Below, in pieces: positions 27,725 to 37,272 of a stretch of 64,000 nucleotides of DNA. The notes under the pieces are model-generated. The model searched no databases and was not told the origin of the DNA. It worked only from the letters and a program-made list of their open reading frames with translations. The position numbers and the translations under genes are program-made. The DNA comes from a bacterium. GTDB lineage: Bacteria > Patescibacteriota > Minisyncoccia > Minisyncoccales > CG1-02-41-26. The stretch lies in assembly GCA_030619905.1 (NCBI GenBank), contig JAUXAO010000001.1:48348-112347 (forward strand), in the 5' to 3' direction. Position 1 is the first letter of the stretch. Each line of letters starts with the position of its first letter.

Positions 27725-28666
27725 TTATTTTATTGGTAATGTAAACCAAAATGTTGTACCTTTGTTTTCTTTAGATTTAAAATTAACTTTACCCTTCATT
27801 TTAGTAATAATTTCTTTAACAATATAAAGACCAAGGCCTGTTCCAATAGTTTGATATCTGAGAGCATTTTTGGCTCGAAAAAACTTTTGGAAAATATATT
27901 TTTGGTCTTCTTCTGGAATCCCAACTCCGGAATCACTGATTTCAAAGTAAATATTTTTTCCTTGTCTCCGGAGTGCAAGTTTAATATCACCTTTATTTTT
28001 TTGATAACGAATAGCATTATCCAGGAGATTTCTAAAAACTTCCTTTAAGCAAAAAGGATCAGAAAAAATCTTCGGTAACCCTTTTTCTTTTTCAAACTCT
28101 AGTGTCATATTCGAAGCCCCTAAAAGAGGTTTGAATCCTAAAATAGTTTCTTCTACTAAATTGGCCATTGAAATCATCTCTTTTCTGAGTTTGAATGTCC
28201 CTAATGAAATCCTGGAAACAGTTAAAATATTATTAATCAAATCTCCAGTTCGTTCTGTATTTTCCCTTAAAATTCTAAAATACTCTTCTTGATCTTTCTC
28301 TGTTAATTCTTCTGAAGTTAGGGCTTCCAGTGAATATTTTATATTTGTAATCGGAGATCTTAAGTGATGGGTTATTACACTAATAAATTCCATTTTTGCT
28401 CTGGCTACTTCGGCTAACTTTTCAAAACTATGCATAATAATATAATCAATAACTATTAAAACAGCACTTAAGAAAAGGACAATTAAAACTACTAACTGTG
28501 GGTCCTCTATTTGACGAGAAGCTATAAGAAAAGAAACAATAATAATAATCATTATAACAATTCCCATCAACACAAACAGGAACTGAGGGCATTGCCAAAG
28601 AGGAAGTCCATATTTTCTGCACTGAGCTCTAATATTTAATTGGTCATAAATCTTTTTGCGAATCAT
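27725..28666 (-). CDS. sensor histidine kinase
   Basis: N-terminal TM segments; H-box ITHHLRSP; N, G1 and G2 boxes (DNAIRY, DSGVGIP, GTGLGLYIVK). Confidence 0.85.
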   Translation of the reverse strand: MIRKKIYDQLNIRAQCRKYGLPLWQCPQFLFVLMGIVIMIIIIVSFLIASRQIEDPQLVVLIVLFLSAVLIVIDYIIMHSFEKLAEVARAKMEFISVITHHLRSPITNIKYSLEALTSEELTEKDQEEYFRILRENTERTGDLINNILTVSRISLGTFKLRKEMISMANLVEETILGFKPLLGASNMTLEFEKEKGLPKIFSDPFCLKEVFRNLLDNAIRYQKNKGDIKLALRRQGKNIYFEISDSGVGIPEEDQKYIFQKFFRAKNALRYQTIGTGLGLYIVKEIITKMKGKVNFKSKENKGTTFWFTLPIK

Positions 28667-28723
28667 ATATTAAATTATATCATAAATTGACTTCAAGAAA
28701 AAACAAGGATATACTTTTATAGT

Positions 28724-28794
28724 CGGGGTGTAGTGCAATGGTAGCACGAGTCCTTTGGGAGGATTTAGTCCGGGTTCGAGTCCCGGCACCCCGA
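28724..28794 (+). tRNA. tRNA-Pro (anticodon TGG)
   Basis: CGGGGTG TA GTGCAATGGTAGCAC G AGTCC-TTTGGGA-GGATT ... CCGGGTTCGAGTCCCGG CACCCCGA. Confidence 0.75.
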
Positions 28795-28800
28795 AAGATT

Positions 28801-28875
28801 GCGGGTGTCGTATAGTGGTTATTACTCGGCTCTTCCAAAGCCGTGACGAGGGTTCGATTCCCTTCACCCGCTCCA
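28801..28875 (+). tRNA. tRNA-Gly (anticodon TCC), CCA encoded
   Basis: GCGGGTG...CGGCT-CTTCCAA-AGCCG ... GGGTTCGATTCCC TTCACCCGCTCCA. Confidence 0.8.
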
Positions 28876-28876
28876 A

Positions 28877-28909
28877 AGACAAAACCCGCCTAGAGGGCGG
28901 GTTTTGTCT
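28877..28909. terminator. bidirectional Rho-independent terminator
   Basis: AGACAAAACCCGCCCtagaGGGCGGGTTTTGTCT lies between the tRNA-Gly 3' end and the stop of the convergent HU gene. Confidence 0.75.
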
Positions 28910-28923
28910 TTCTCAACTCTTTT

Positions 28924-29205
28924 TTATTTTACTGCGTCTTTTAATCCTTTACCAGATTTAAATTTGGGAACTTTCTTGGCCGCAATTTTGATGCTAGCGC
29001 CTGTCTGAGGATTTCTTCCTATTCTGGCTTTCCTATGGGAAACAGAAAAAGTTCCGAAGCCAGTCAAAACAACATCACTGCCTTTTGCTAAAGACGATTT
29101 GATTTCGTCTAATAAAGTGTTTAAACAATCTACGGCTTCCTTTTTTGAACAACAAACTTTTTTGGCTAAAACTTCGATTAAATCTTCTTTAGTTATCCTT
29201 GCCAT
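28924..29205 (-). CDS. DNA-binding protein HU/IHF family
   Basis: MARITKEDLIEVLAKK...GFGTFSVSHRKARIGRNPQTG...KVPKFKSGKGLKDAV. Confidence 0.85.
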   Translation of the reverse strand: MARITKEDLIEVLAKKVCCSKKEAVDCLNTLLDEIKSSLAKGSDVVLTGFGTFSVSHRKARIGRNPQTGASIKIAAKKVPKFKSGKGLKDAVK

Positions 29206-29285
29206 TTTTTTATTAAAAGTTATTTAAATTACTCGACCTTTCTTCTTTTTATGGCTATTATACCACATAATGACTAATCAAGCGA

Positions 29286-30815
29286 CTACCGAGCGTATTC
29301 TACTACCCTAGTCTCACGAATAACATTCACTTTTATCTCACCAGGATAATTAAGTTCCTCTTGAATTCTTGAAGCAATATCTTTGGCTAATTTATAAGCT
29401 TCAAGGTCGTCAATCTGTTCTGGTTCAACAAAGACCCGAATCTCTCTACCAGCTTGAATAGCATAAGCCCTGTTTACTCCTGGAAAACTCAAGGCAATAT
29501 CTTCTAATTCTTTTAATCTCTTGAGATAATTTTCTAAACTGTCTTTTCTGGCACCTGGTCTGGCTCCAGAAATAGCATCAGCAGTTTTTACTAAAATCGC
29601 TTCAATACTTTCAGCTGGATATTCATCGTGGTGAGCTTTCATAGCGTTAATTACTTCTTCCTTTTCATCAAATCTCTCTAGGATTTTTATCCCGATATCA
29701 ACATGAGAACCTTGAATTTGTTGGTCAACCGCTTTTCCAATATCGTGTAAAAGACCAGCTCTTCTTGCTACCTCAACATCTACTTTTAATTCCTCTGCTA
29801 AGGCTGAGGCTAAATGACTTACCTCAATAGAATGAAGTAAAACGTTCTGACCATAACTTGTCCTAAAATATAATCTCCCTAAAAGATGGACTAGTTTTGG
29901 ATGAAGATCTAAAATACCTGTTTCATAAACTGCTTTTTCTCCTGCTTCTTTTATCTGCTCTGCTATTTGTTCTTTTGCTGAAGAAACCACTTCCTCAATT
30001 CTGGCTGGCTGAATTCTTCCATCCTGAACAAGTTTTTCCAAAGCAACTTTGGCAATCTGACGTCTAATAGGGCTAAAACCAGAAATAATAACTGCTTCTG
30101 GGGTATCGTCAACTATAACTTCCACACCGGTCAGTTTTTCAAATACCTTGATATTTCTTCCTTCTTTTCCAATAATTCTTCCTTTAACTTCATCCGAGGG
30201 AAGAGCTAAGGTGGTAGTTGTTATTTCCTGAGCCTGAGAAAGACCGTATTTTTGAATAGCTTGAGTTATTATCTCTTTGGCTCTCTTTTCGAGTCGTTCT
30301 TCACCCACATTATTTAACTTTTGCATTCTTTCTAATATTTCTTTTTGATGTTCTTTTTCTACACTTTCTAAAAGTTTTTTCTTTGCTTCTTCCTTAGAAA
30401 GACCAGAGATTTTTTCCAATTCACTCTTGGCTTTTTCCTCCAGTTCCAGTACTCCTTCTTTCACTTTTTTAAGTTGACCTACTTTTTCTTTAAACTCTTT
30501 TTCTTTGTCCTCAAAAAGAGATATCTTTTCGTCTAAAGTATGTTCTCTTTTTAAAAGAATCCTTTCGGTTTTTAAAATTTGATTTCTTCTTTCATCGCTG
30601 TCTTTCTGAGCAGCAGCAACTACTTCTTTTGCTTTTTCCCGAGTTTTTTCTAAAATTTCTTCGGCTTCAACTTTGGTTTGGGAAATTTTCTTCTGAAGCT
30701 TTGCCTCTATGCTCCCCTTTCTCTTTCTAAGAATTGACTGGCGAGCATAATAACCTAAAACAGCTCCTACCCATAACAAAGCAATGCCTATTAAAAATAG
30801 GATAAATTGATTCAT
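29286..30815 (-). CDS. rny: ribonuclease Y
   Basis: N-terminal TM helix, coiled-coil, KH domain (GRIIGKEGRNIK) and HD domain (HSIEVSHLA...LLHDIGKA). Confidence 0.9.
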   Translation of the reverse strand: MNQFILFLIGIALLWVGAVLGYYARQSILRKRKGSIEAKLQKKISQTKVEAEEILEKTREKAKEVVAAAQKDSDERRNQILKTERILLKREHTLDEKISLFEDKEKEFKEKVGQLKKVKEGVLELEEKAKSELEKISGLSKEEAKKKLLESVEKEHQKEILERMQKLNNVGEERLEKRAKEIITQAIQKYGLSQAQEITTTTLALPSDEVKGRIIGKEGRNIKVFEKLTGVEVIVDDTPEAVIISGFSPIRRQIAKVALEKLVQDGRIQPARIEEVVSSAKEQIAEQIKEAGEKAVYETGILDLHPKLVHLLGRLYFRTSYGQNVLLHSIEVSHLASALAEELKVDVEVARRAGLLHDIGKAVDQQIQGSHVDIGIKILERFDEKEEVINAMKAHHDEYPAESIEAILVKTADAISGARPGARKDSLENYLKRLKELEDIALSFPGVNRAYAIQAGREIRVFVEPEQIDDLEAYKLAKDIASRIQEELNYPGEIKVNVIRETRVVEYAR

Positions 30816-30984
30816 AATTCAAACTAAAATTTTGGTAATTAAACATAGGTTTGATACTTTGGGTATCAAAATTATCCACCAAATTTCAATAATTAATTTC
30901 TAAGCCCATTTTAATCAAAAAAGCCCTTTTTGTAAAGGGCATATTCAGTAGACAATATCTAATAAAATAATCAGGGTTCAATTA

Positions 30985-32025
30985 TTATGGCGCTGACTCC
31001 TCCCATTCAGGTAATGGAAAAGTAACTCCAACCTGCTGGGTTTTACCACAAGTACCAACATCATCAGTTATTTCAAGTTTAATATTATAAGAATCTGAAC
31101 TACTGAATTTCATTTGGGGATTTTCCGTCGTATTTGTGGTTGACGTCCCTACTAATTCCACTCCTAGAGGTAATGTCCAGAGAAAAGTTTTTCCTGAACA
31201 AGATATAGGATTATTGTTTATATCATAGCAAGTACTGACATTCTCGGAACAAACACCAACTTCCTGAACTGCACAAAATTGGACAATCTCATCTACGCTT
31301 GGTGGAGAAGGAGACCAAGTAAAATCAGGGTCAGGATAAATATGCTGAGGAGTAGTAAATGATGGTCCATAAATCCAACTAGACTGAAGATCCTTGTCAT
31401 CCCAAACCTTTAATCTCCAATAATATGTGGTTTTGTAAGAAAGTCCGCTTGCTGTATAGATTTCTGAAGAAGAATAGACTTTACCAGAATCTACTTCCAA
31501 CGAAGAAAAATCAGAATTGTTATCTACTTGAACTTGATAAGCTCCTTGAGTATCACCCGGGTCAGAGTCGGAAAATTGCCAAGATAAAAACACATAGAGA
31601 GCACTACCACAATAATTTCCCTCTGTAACAGTTAGATCGGTAGCTGTTGGAGCATTATTAGTTATTGTTATAGTAACAGTATCACTTACTGTTCCACCTC
31701 CACCAGTACAGGTAACATTATAAGTAGTAGTAATAATCGGCGAAACAACATAGTTATAGTTCCCATCGTTAAGACTCTCATTAGAAATCACTCCTTGGGT
31801 AATAGAACAGATAGCAAAACTATCAGGAGTATTATCAACCTTGAGAGTCAGGGTTGATGAATTTCCTGCAGGAATAGCAGTCGGAAAAGCAGTAAACTCA
31901 ATACAGATCTCACAATGAATATCAAGTTGGGCAAAGATAAACTGCCTAAAAACTATTAATCCTGTTATTATTGAAAATGCTATAAGGAAAAAGATAAATC
32001 TTTTTTTGTTTTCGGACAACTTCAT
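30985..32025 (-). CDS. membrane-anchored secreted protein with PKD/FN3-like beta-sandwich repeats
   Basis: N-terminal TM helix; Thr-rich; FN3-like motif YKTTYYWRLKVWDDKD; PKD-like motif YNIKLEITDDVGTCG. Confidence 0.45.
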   Translation of the reverse strand: MKLSENKKRFIFFLIAFSIITGLIVFRQFIFAQLDIHCEICIEFTAFPTAIPAGNSSTLTLKVDNTPDSFAICSITQGVISNESLNDGNYNYVVSPIITTTYNVTCTGGGGTVSDTVTITITNNAPTATDLTVTEGNYCGSALYVFLSWQFSDSDPGDTQGAYQVQVDNNSDFSSLEVDSGKVYSSSEIYTASGLSYKTTYYWRLKVWDDKDLQSSWIYGPSFTTPQHIYPDPDFTWSPSPPSVDEIVQFCAVQEVGVCSENVSTCYDINNNPISCSGKTFLWTLPLGVELVGTSTTNTTENPQMKFSSSDSYNIKLEITDDVGTCGKTQQVGVTFPLPEWEESAP

Positions 32026-32094
32026 AACCTTAACGTTCTTAATCTAACTCTTTATATTATTATACTTGAAGTTTTAAAACTGTGTCAACTCAAA

Positions 32095-33402
32095 TTATCC
32101 TATTAAAGAGGCGATAATCGAACCTCTAAATAAAATGGTAACAATTAGACCTATGAATATCAAAATAGCAAATGGCGACGGTTTATATACTTCTAATAGT
32201 TTTATTTCTTTTCCTTTCACAAACTCCTTTAAAAATACTATCTGTTCTTCAGTTAGACCATCCGAATAAATCTTACCAATGGATTTTTTAAATAATCCTT
32301 CTTCTTTGCCTTTTAATTTATTGATTGTTTCTTCGGTCAAGCGCATACCTGATTTTAATTCTTCTATTTTGACTTTTTGAATCTCTTTTTCCTTAACATA
32401 CCAATCAAACGTTTTTCTAAAAGCAAAACCTCCAAAAATGATTATGGCTGTAACACTTAACATGGGTCTTATTATGAGAGCAGGAGATTGATTTAAACCA
32501 ATCCATTTATAGAACAACCAGAGAAGAAGAGCTACAGCTGCTACATAAAAAACCTTTTTAATTTTTTGTAAGAATTTCATTAAAAAAACAAAAACTCCTA
32601 AAAAAGTGATAAGCAAAACCCATTTTTCAAGGCCCAATATAATCGTGAAAAAATAAGTTAAATTTTCACCTATAATACTTTTAAAAAAGAGTCCAAAAAA
32701 ACTAACCATAACAAAGAAAATAACAAGAAGATTAAGAATTTCTTTAAATAGTGAGAAAATGCTCCTTTTAAATTCTTTTTCTCGAGCAATTTTTTCTTTT
32801 TCAGTTAAAGTTTCTTTTTTCCTTATAAAAATCCGACGAATAAAAGTGAAAACAAGTATTATTAAAAATATCCCTAAAGCAATAATGAAAATATTCAATA
32901 ATAAAGCAAAAGAAGGAAAATAAGATAAGTACGTTTTTGAATAAAATCTTAAAGGTAAAAGGAAAGAAAAAAGAGTAAAAAGTTTAGCATCTCCAGCCGA
33001 CCAAACATTCCAAAACCACATTAAAAATCCCATTCCTAAAGCGATGCCTGTATTAAGAGCGACTTCGCCGAGATAAGAAAGTTTAAAAACCGAGAAAGAA
33101 TATGGACTGATTTTAAAATATTCAAGAATCCAAAAAGTAAAATTCCAGAGAATATATAAACTAAAGATTGTTATGCCCCATAAAAAACCAATTTTTATCC
33201 ATTTATTTTTGATCTTGCCATATTTAAAATCTTCAAAACTAGTAATAAAACCAATAATAAAAATAGGAATCAAAAAAATATAATCTGTAAAAAAAAATTT
33301 ACTTAATAGAAACATTTTGAATCGGGCGATATTTATCAGTTGTTCCCTCGACAATATATTTTTTCTTGATTGGCTTAAACTCGTCACTGCCAACTTTTTC
33401 AA
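32095..33402 (-). CDS. polytopic integral membrane protein (about 10 TM helices) at the downstream end of the rSAM block
   Basis: Hydrophobic helices throughout. Same strand as the upstream rSAM gene and overlapping it; the true start is probably an internal Met (MFLLSKFFF). Confidence 0.45.
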   Translation of the reverse strand: MKKLAVTSLSQSRKNILSREQLINIARFKMFLLSKFFFTDYIFLIPIFIIGFITSFEDFKYGKIKNKWIKIGFLWGITIFSLYILWNFTFWILEYFKISPYSFSVFKLSYLGEVALNTGIALGMGFLMWFWNVWSAGDAKLFTLFSFLLPLRFYSKTYLSYFPSFALLLNIFIIALGIFLIILVFTFIRRIFIRKKETLTEKEKIAREKEFKRSIFSLFKEILNLLVIFFVMVSFFGLFFKSIIGENLTYFFTIILGLEKWVLLITFLGVFVFLMKFLQKIKKVFYVAAVALLLWLFYKWIGLNQSPALIIRPMLSVTAIIIFGGFAFRKTFDWYVKEKEIQKVKIEELKSGMRLTEETINKLKGKEEGLFKKSIGKIYSDGLTEEQIVFLKEFVKGKEIKLLEVYKPSPFAILIFIGLIVTILFRGSIIASLIG

Positions 33403-34237
33403 GATAATCTTTATGGATACCTAAACAATATTTTTTGTAAAGGCAAACTTCACACTTAGGCAAAAAAGTTATTTCATATTCTGGAAGCGTTCTCCAGGTA
33501 TATTTCCATAAAGAATGGTCAATTGTACAGAGGGGAAAATGATAAAAGCGGAATCCTTTAAATTCTGGAATCCATTTAGCTATTTTTGGTATAAATTTTC
33601 TAAACTGAGTATAGGTTAATCCAACAATTTTGAAGTTTTTTTTTGCTTGACCTTCCATTTCCATAAAAATAATCACGATTCGGTCTACTTCAGGAAAATG
33701 ATCCTTGATAAACTCCAATATTTTCTCAGTATACTTATAAGTAAGCTTAGTAATAATAATTCTTAATTCTAATTCATGAAGACCAAGATTTTTATACTTA
33801 AAAATATTTTCAATCCCTTTTATAGTTTGCAAAAAACTCCCCGGTGTTCTAGTAACAGCATCATGAGTCTTTGCATTAAATCCGTGCAAAGATGTATAAA
33901 TATTTATTCTTTTGAATCTTAAAACCTTTTTAGTAAAAGAATCATAACAAAATCTCCTCCCATTAGTGTCTAATTCTATTATTACCGGGGGAAATATTCT
34001 TTTAATGAAAGAAAGTATTCTAAAAAAATCCGGATGGATTGTTGGTTCTCCACCAGTTAGAATCATTTTATCGTCAATCAAGTTGCCTCTTTCATCGAAA
34101 ATTTTAGCAGCACTAATTCTTTTCTTAAGTTCATTAAAACCGTAATTATCATAGGAATCCTTGGCTTGAAAATCAGACGGATTCGTACACATAATACAGT
34201 TACTATTACATTTATTCCAAATAGAAATCACCGGCAT
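33299..34237 (-). CDS. radical SAM protein (short family 'MPxISIWNKC'; paralog of 42670..43599)
   Basis: CNSNCIMC (CxxxCxxC) at the N-terminus; GGEPT; C-terminal CEVCLYKKYCLGIHKDYLEKVG. Confidence 0.8.
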   Translation of the reverse strand: MPVISIWNKCNSNCIMCTNPSDFQAKDSYDNYGFNELKKRISAAKIFDERGNLIDDKMILTGGEPTIHPDFFRILSFIKRIFPPVIIELDTNGRRFCYDSFTKKVLRFKRINIYTSLHGFNAKTHDAVTRTPGSFLQTIKGIENIFKYKNLGLHELELRIIITKLTYKYTEKILEFIKDHFPEVDRIVIIFMEMEGQAKKNFKIVGLTYTQFRKFIPKIAKWIPEFKGFRFYHFPLCTIDHSLWKYTWRTLPEYEITFLPKCEVCLYKKYCLGIHKDYLEKVGSDEFKPIKKKYIVEGTTDKYRPIQNVSIK

Positions 34238-34271
34238 AATTCAAAATTATATTAAGATTATTATTTTATTT

Positions 34272-34481
34272 CTAATTAATATCAAAAGTGATCCTTTCTT
34301 GCTCTTTAAGCTCTCCAATTATTGCTTCCTCTATCTCGTAGAATTTTGCTTCACTTTTTAACTCTTTTTGAGCGCGAGTTATAGCTTTTTTTATATCTGA
34401 AGCCCTAACATATCCTAATACCTCATAATGTTCCTGACTCCGATAAACGACTATGTATCTCTTTAATAATGTTTTAGCCAT
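34272..34481 (-). CDS. 69-aa hypothetical protein embedded between rSAM genes
   Basis: Tightly packed (overlaps the neighbouring gene by 8 nt); no Cys or His; charged helical composition. Confidence 0.35.
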   Translation of the reverse strand: MAKTLLKRYIVVYRSQEHYEVLGYVRASDIKKAITRAQKELKSEAKFYEIEEAIIGELKEQERITFDIN

Positions 34482-35427
34482 ATTTTTTATTTATTTTTAT
34501 TTTTTTATTAACAGGGATAAGTTCTTTATCTCCATAATATTTTAAGTATTCTTTCCAAATTCCCTCACATTCATCATAAAGCTTACATCCTTCACATCTT
34601 TTAGTTTTTGCTCTACCAACTACCCGACGAGATTCTTCAACATCTCGATTCTCGAAATCTGGAGCCAAATGTTCAGTATGAAAAATTACTACCTCCTTTA
34701 ATTCGCTTATCTGGTCTAAATAATCAGTAAAATAACAAAGAGGAACATAACGGATATCCCAATGAGGAACTTTATAAATTCTACCAACATCAAGACATTT
34801 GCGAATATAGGATGCTGCCTCTGAGATTTTTGGAACAAATTTATAAAAATCATCATGGGCCGCTCCATAAGTCGGGTCAACAAAAATAAATTCTGAATTT
34901 CTAATTCCCAAATCGTAAATCAATTTTCCAATATGAGACAAGTTTTTGTAGTTTTGTTTAATTATTGTGGTATTTGAACCAATATCCTTTAGCCCTGCTT
35001 TTCTTACATTTTTTATTCCTTTTTTTAACTGCTCAAAACTACCTGGAACCTGAGTTAAAGAATCATGTAACTTAGCATTATGCCCATGAATAGAAAAAAC
35101 CAAACTATTTAAACCGGCTTCAATTATCTCTTCGGCAAACTTCTTGTAAGAATACATTCGACCATTAGTTGCCATCATTATCGTTTCAAACCCCAACTCC
35201 TTAGCGAATTTTATTAACTCGATAATATCCTGCCTAATACTCATCTCCCCTCCAACTAATTCTAAATAAGTTGTTCCTGAATTTTTGGCCTCCGCCATTT
35301 CTTTTTTTATCTGAAGGGTCGTTTTCTGAGGAATACTATTTCTTTTATGAATATTCAAACAGAAAATGCAATTATTATTGCAACGGTATCCAGGGATAAT
35401 AACTGTTTTTTTAATTTTAAAAGTCAT
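34474..35427 (-). CDS. radical SAM protein (short family '...EGIWKEYLKYYGDKEL'; paralog of 45054..45995)
   Basis: CNNNCIFC motif; GGEMS; C-terminal CEGCKLYDECEGIWKEY. Confidence 0.8.
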   Translation of the reverse strand: MTFKIKKTVIIPGYRCNNNCIFCLNIHKRNSIPQKTTLQIKKEMAEAKNSGTTYLELVGGEMSIRQDIIELIKFAKELGFETIMMATNGRMYSYKKFAEEIIEAGLNSLVFSIHGHNAKLHDSLTQVPGSFEQLKKGIKNVRKAGLKDIGSNTTIIKQNYKNLSHIGKLIYDLGIRNSEFIFVDPTYGAAHDDFYKFVPKISEAASYIRKCLDVGRIYKVPHWDIRYVPLCYFTDYLDQISELKEVVIFHTEHLAPDFENRDVEESRRVVGRAKTKRCEGCKLYDECEGIWKEYLKYYGDKELIPVNKKIKINKKYG

Positions 35428-35439
35428 CTTTTATTTTGA

Positions 35440-36348
35440 TTATTTCTCTTTAAAATCAAGGATAAACCCATCTGTTTTATCTTTTTTAAGATAAGAATAA
35501 AGGGATGAATTATTTTTAAGTATCTCGATCTTTTTTTCTTTAATGACAATCTTATTTCCTTTTATTATTTTATTAAGTAATGAAAAATCTATCGGAGAAA
35601 TCGGAAGAATCACTTTCTTGTAAAATAAGGTATTTTTTCTAACATATCCATCAAGGATAACCCATTTAAAAACATCAAAAAATAAGATTGGCTTAGAAAG
35701 AGTATATGTTACTACTTTTTCCACCTCAGGGGCATATTTTTTTAATAAAGCATTAATCTCTTTACCTGTTTTTATACTCTTCTGACAATTATAACTACAA
35801 GGAATATGGGAAATAAATTGCAGATATACAATAGGGATGGGAAAACGTTTATTCAAAAGAAGATATTGTTCTAATTTTTCATAGTCTTCTTTAGTATAAA
35901 GCCTAGTGGAAAAATTTAACAAATTATTTGTCAAAAAATTAAACTGTTTACTATTTTGATAGGATTGATAAGTTACAATTGGAGAATAACGTTGAAGGTT
36001 ATGTTGAAAAAAATACGAATGATTTTTAATACAACATTCTGGGTACCCTAATAATTTTCCGATTTTTTCTGAATCTTTTCTAGCAGTAAGGGAATTTACT
36101 GCCTCCTTTGCTATTTCTTTTTTCTTTGAAAGAGCACAGACTGTTATTTGTTTATTTGCTATAATTTTTTGTTTACACTCGATACTTAACTCTGGGAATT
36201 CACGGATAATTATTCTCTTTCTTTTTTCATTAAGATCCATGGTAAAACAAGGTTTTATTCCTGCTATAACTGCTAAAATTTCTTGAAGAATTACGCCTGT
36301 TTTAGAGACATTCAATAGTTTTTTTCTAAGTTTTTGGGATGTATTCAT
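35440..36348 (-). CDS. hypothetical protein (no rSAM motif) conserved inside the rSAM block
   Basis: 302 aa; LGYPECC and HIPCSYNCQ Cys motifs; no recognisable family. Confidence 0.4.
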   Translation of the reverse strand: MNTSQKLRKKLLNVSKTGVILQEILAVIAGIKPCFTMDLNEKRKRIIIREFPELSIECKQKIIANKQITVCALSKKKEIAKEAVNSLTARKDSEKIGKLLGYPECCIKNHSYFFQHNLQRYSPIVTYQSYQNSKQFNFLTNNLLNFSTRLYTKEDYEKLEQYLLLNKRFPIPIVYLQFISHIPCSYNCQKSIKTGKEINALLKKYAPEVEKVVTYTLSKPILFFDVFKWVILDGYVRKNTLFYKKVILPISPIDFSLLNKIIKGNKIVIKEKKIEILKNNSSLYSYLKKDKTDGFILDFKEK

Positions 36349-36412
36349 AGAAAATATTCAATAGCTACATACCAACAGAGATTAGATTACTTTATCAGTT
36401 AATACCCGGTAT

Positions 36413-37258
36413 CTATAACCTGAATTCCTTGGTCCAATATAAATCTATATAAGATTTTAAAACTCCGTCGCATTTATCGCTATAAGGACAATTTTTACAT
36501 AAAGGAATTCTTACTTTTTCTGGATTTTTTTCAAGACAAGGAAAAAAATATTTTCTTCCTTCCTTAGGAAGCGCACAAGGAAGAAATTCTACCAGTAAAA
36601 ATTTAAGAGAGAAATCAGTTTTGTAATCTTCTAAGATATTTATCACATACTGACCAAGTTCACTCATCTTCATTATAATCTTTTTACTGCGGGAACGTTT
36701 AGAAAGAGGAGCAGCATTGAGAATATTGATTTCCTTTATTCCTAAATCTTTTACTAAATTAATCATTTTAGGAAGTTCCAGATAATTTATTTTAGTCAAA
36801 AGTAGATTAATAATCAAGCTAAAATTTTCTTTTTTAAGGTCCAATATATTTTTTATTCCCATTATAGTTTGAGAAAAACTTCCATTAACTCGAGTCTGGT
36901 TATCATGTACTTCAGGGGTCGCTCCATTAAGAGAAACAACTATTTGATTAACTCCAGCAGCAAATATTTTTTTAACAAAATCCCTGTAAGCAAGTAGTCG
37001 TCCGTTAGTGGTAAAACCAATTTGCCTAAAATCTAGTTTTTGGGTAAATTCCAAAATTTCAATAAAATCCTTTCTTAAAGTCGGTTCTCTCCCCATAAAA
37101 TTAACAAAATCATAATGTTTTCTGGCTTGGGAAACTTCTTTTTTTATCTGTTTAATGGTTTTTAACTTTAAATCTTCCATATATTCGTCTGCTTCTGAAC
37201 AAAAAATACAATTATTATTACAACGGTAACTAATATATATATAAGGACTAATTTCCAT
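36413..37258 (-). CDS. radical SAM protein (short family)
   Basis: CNNNCIFC; GREPT; C-terminal CKNCPYSDKCDG. Confidence 0.8.
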   Translation of the reverse strand: MEISPYIYISYRCNNNCIFCSEADEYMEDLKLKTIKQIKKEVSQARKHYDFVNFMGREPTLRKDFIEILEFTQKLDFRQIGFTTNGRLLAYRDFVKKIFAAGVNQIVVSLNGATPEVHDNQTRVNGSFSQTIMGIKNILDLKKENFSLIINLLLTKINYLELPKMINLVKDLGIKEINILNAAPLSKRSRSKKIIMKMSELGQYVINILEDYKTDFSLKFLLVEFLPCALPKEGRKYFFPCLEKNPEKVRIPLCKNCPYSDKCDGVLKSYIDLYWTKEFRL

Positions 37259-37272
37259 AAAAAATGTGATGT

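Noticed and set aside
28670-28961. ORFs 28670..28882(-) and 28755..28961(+)
   Set aside because: They overlap tRNA-Pro and tRNA-Gly and the terminator hairpin.
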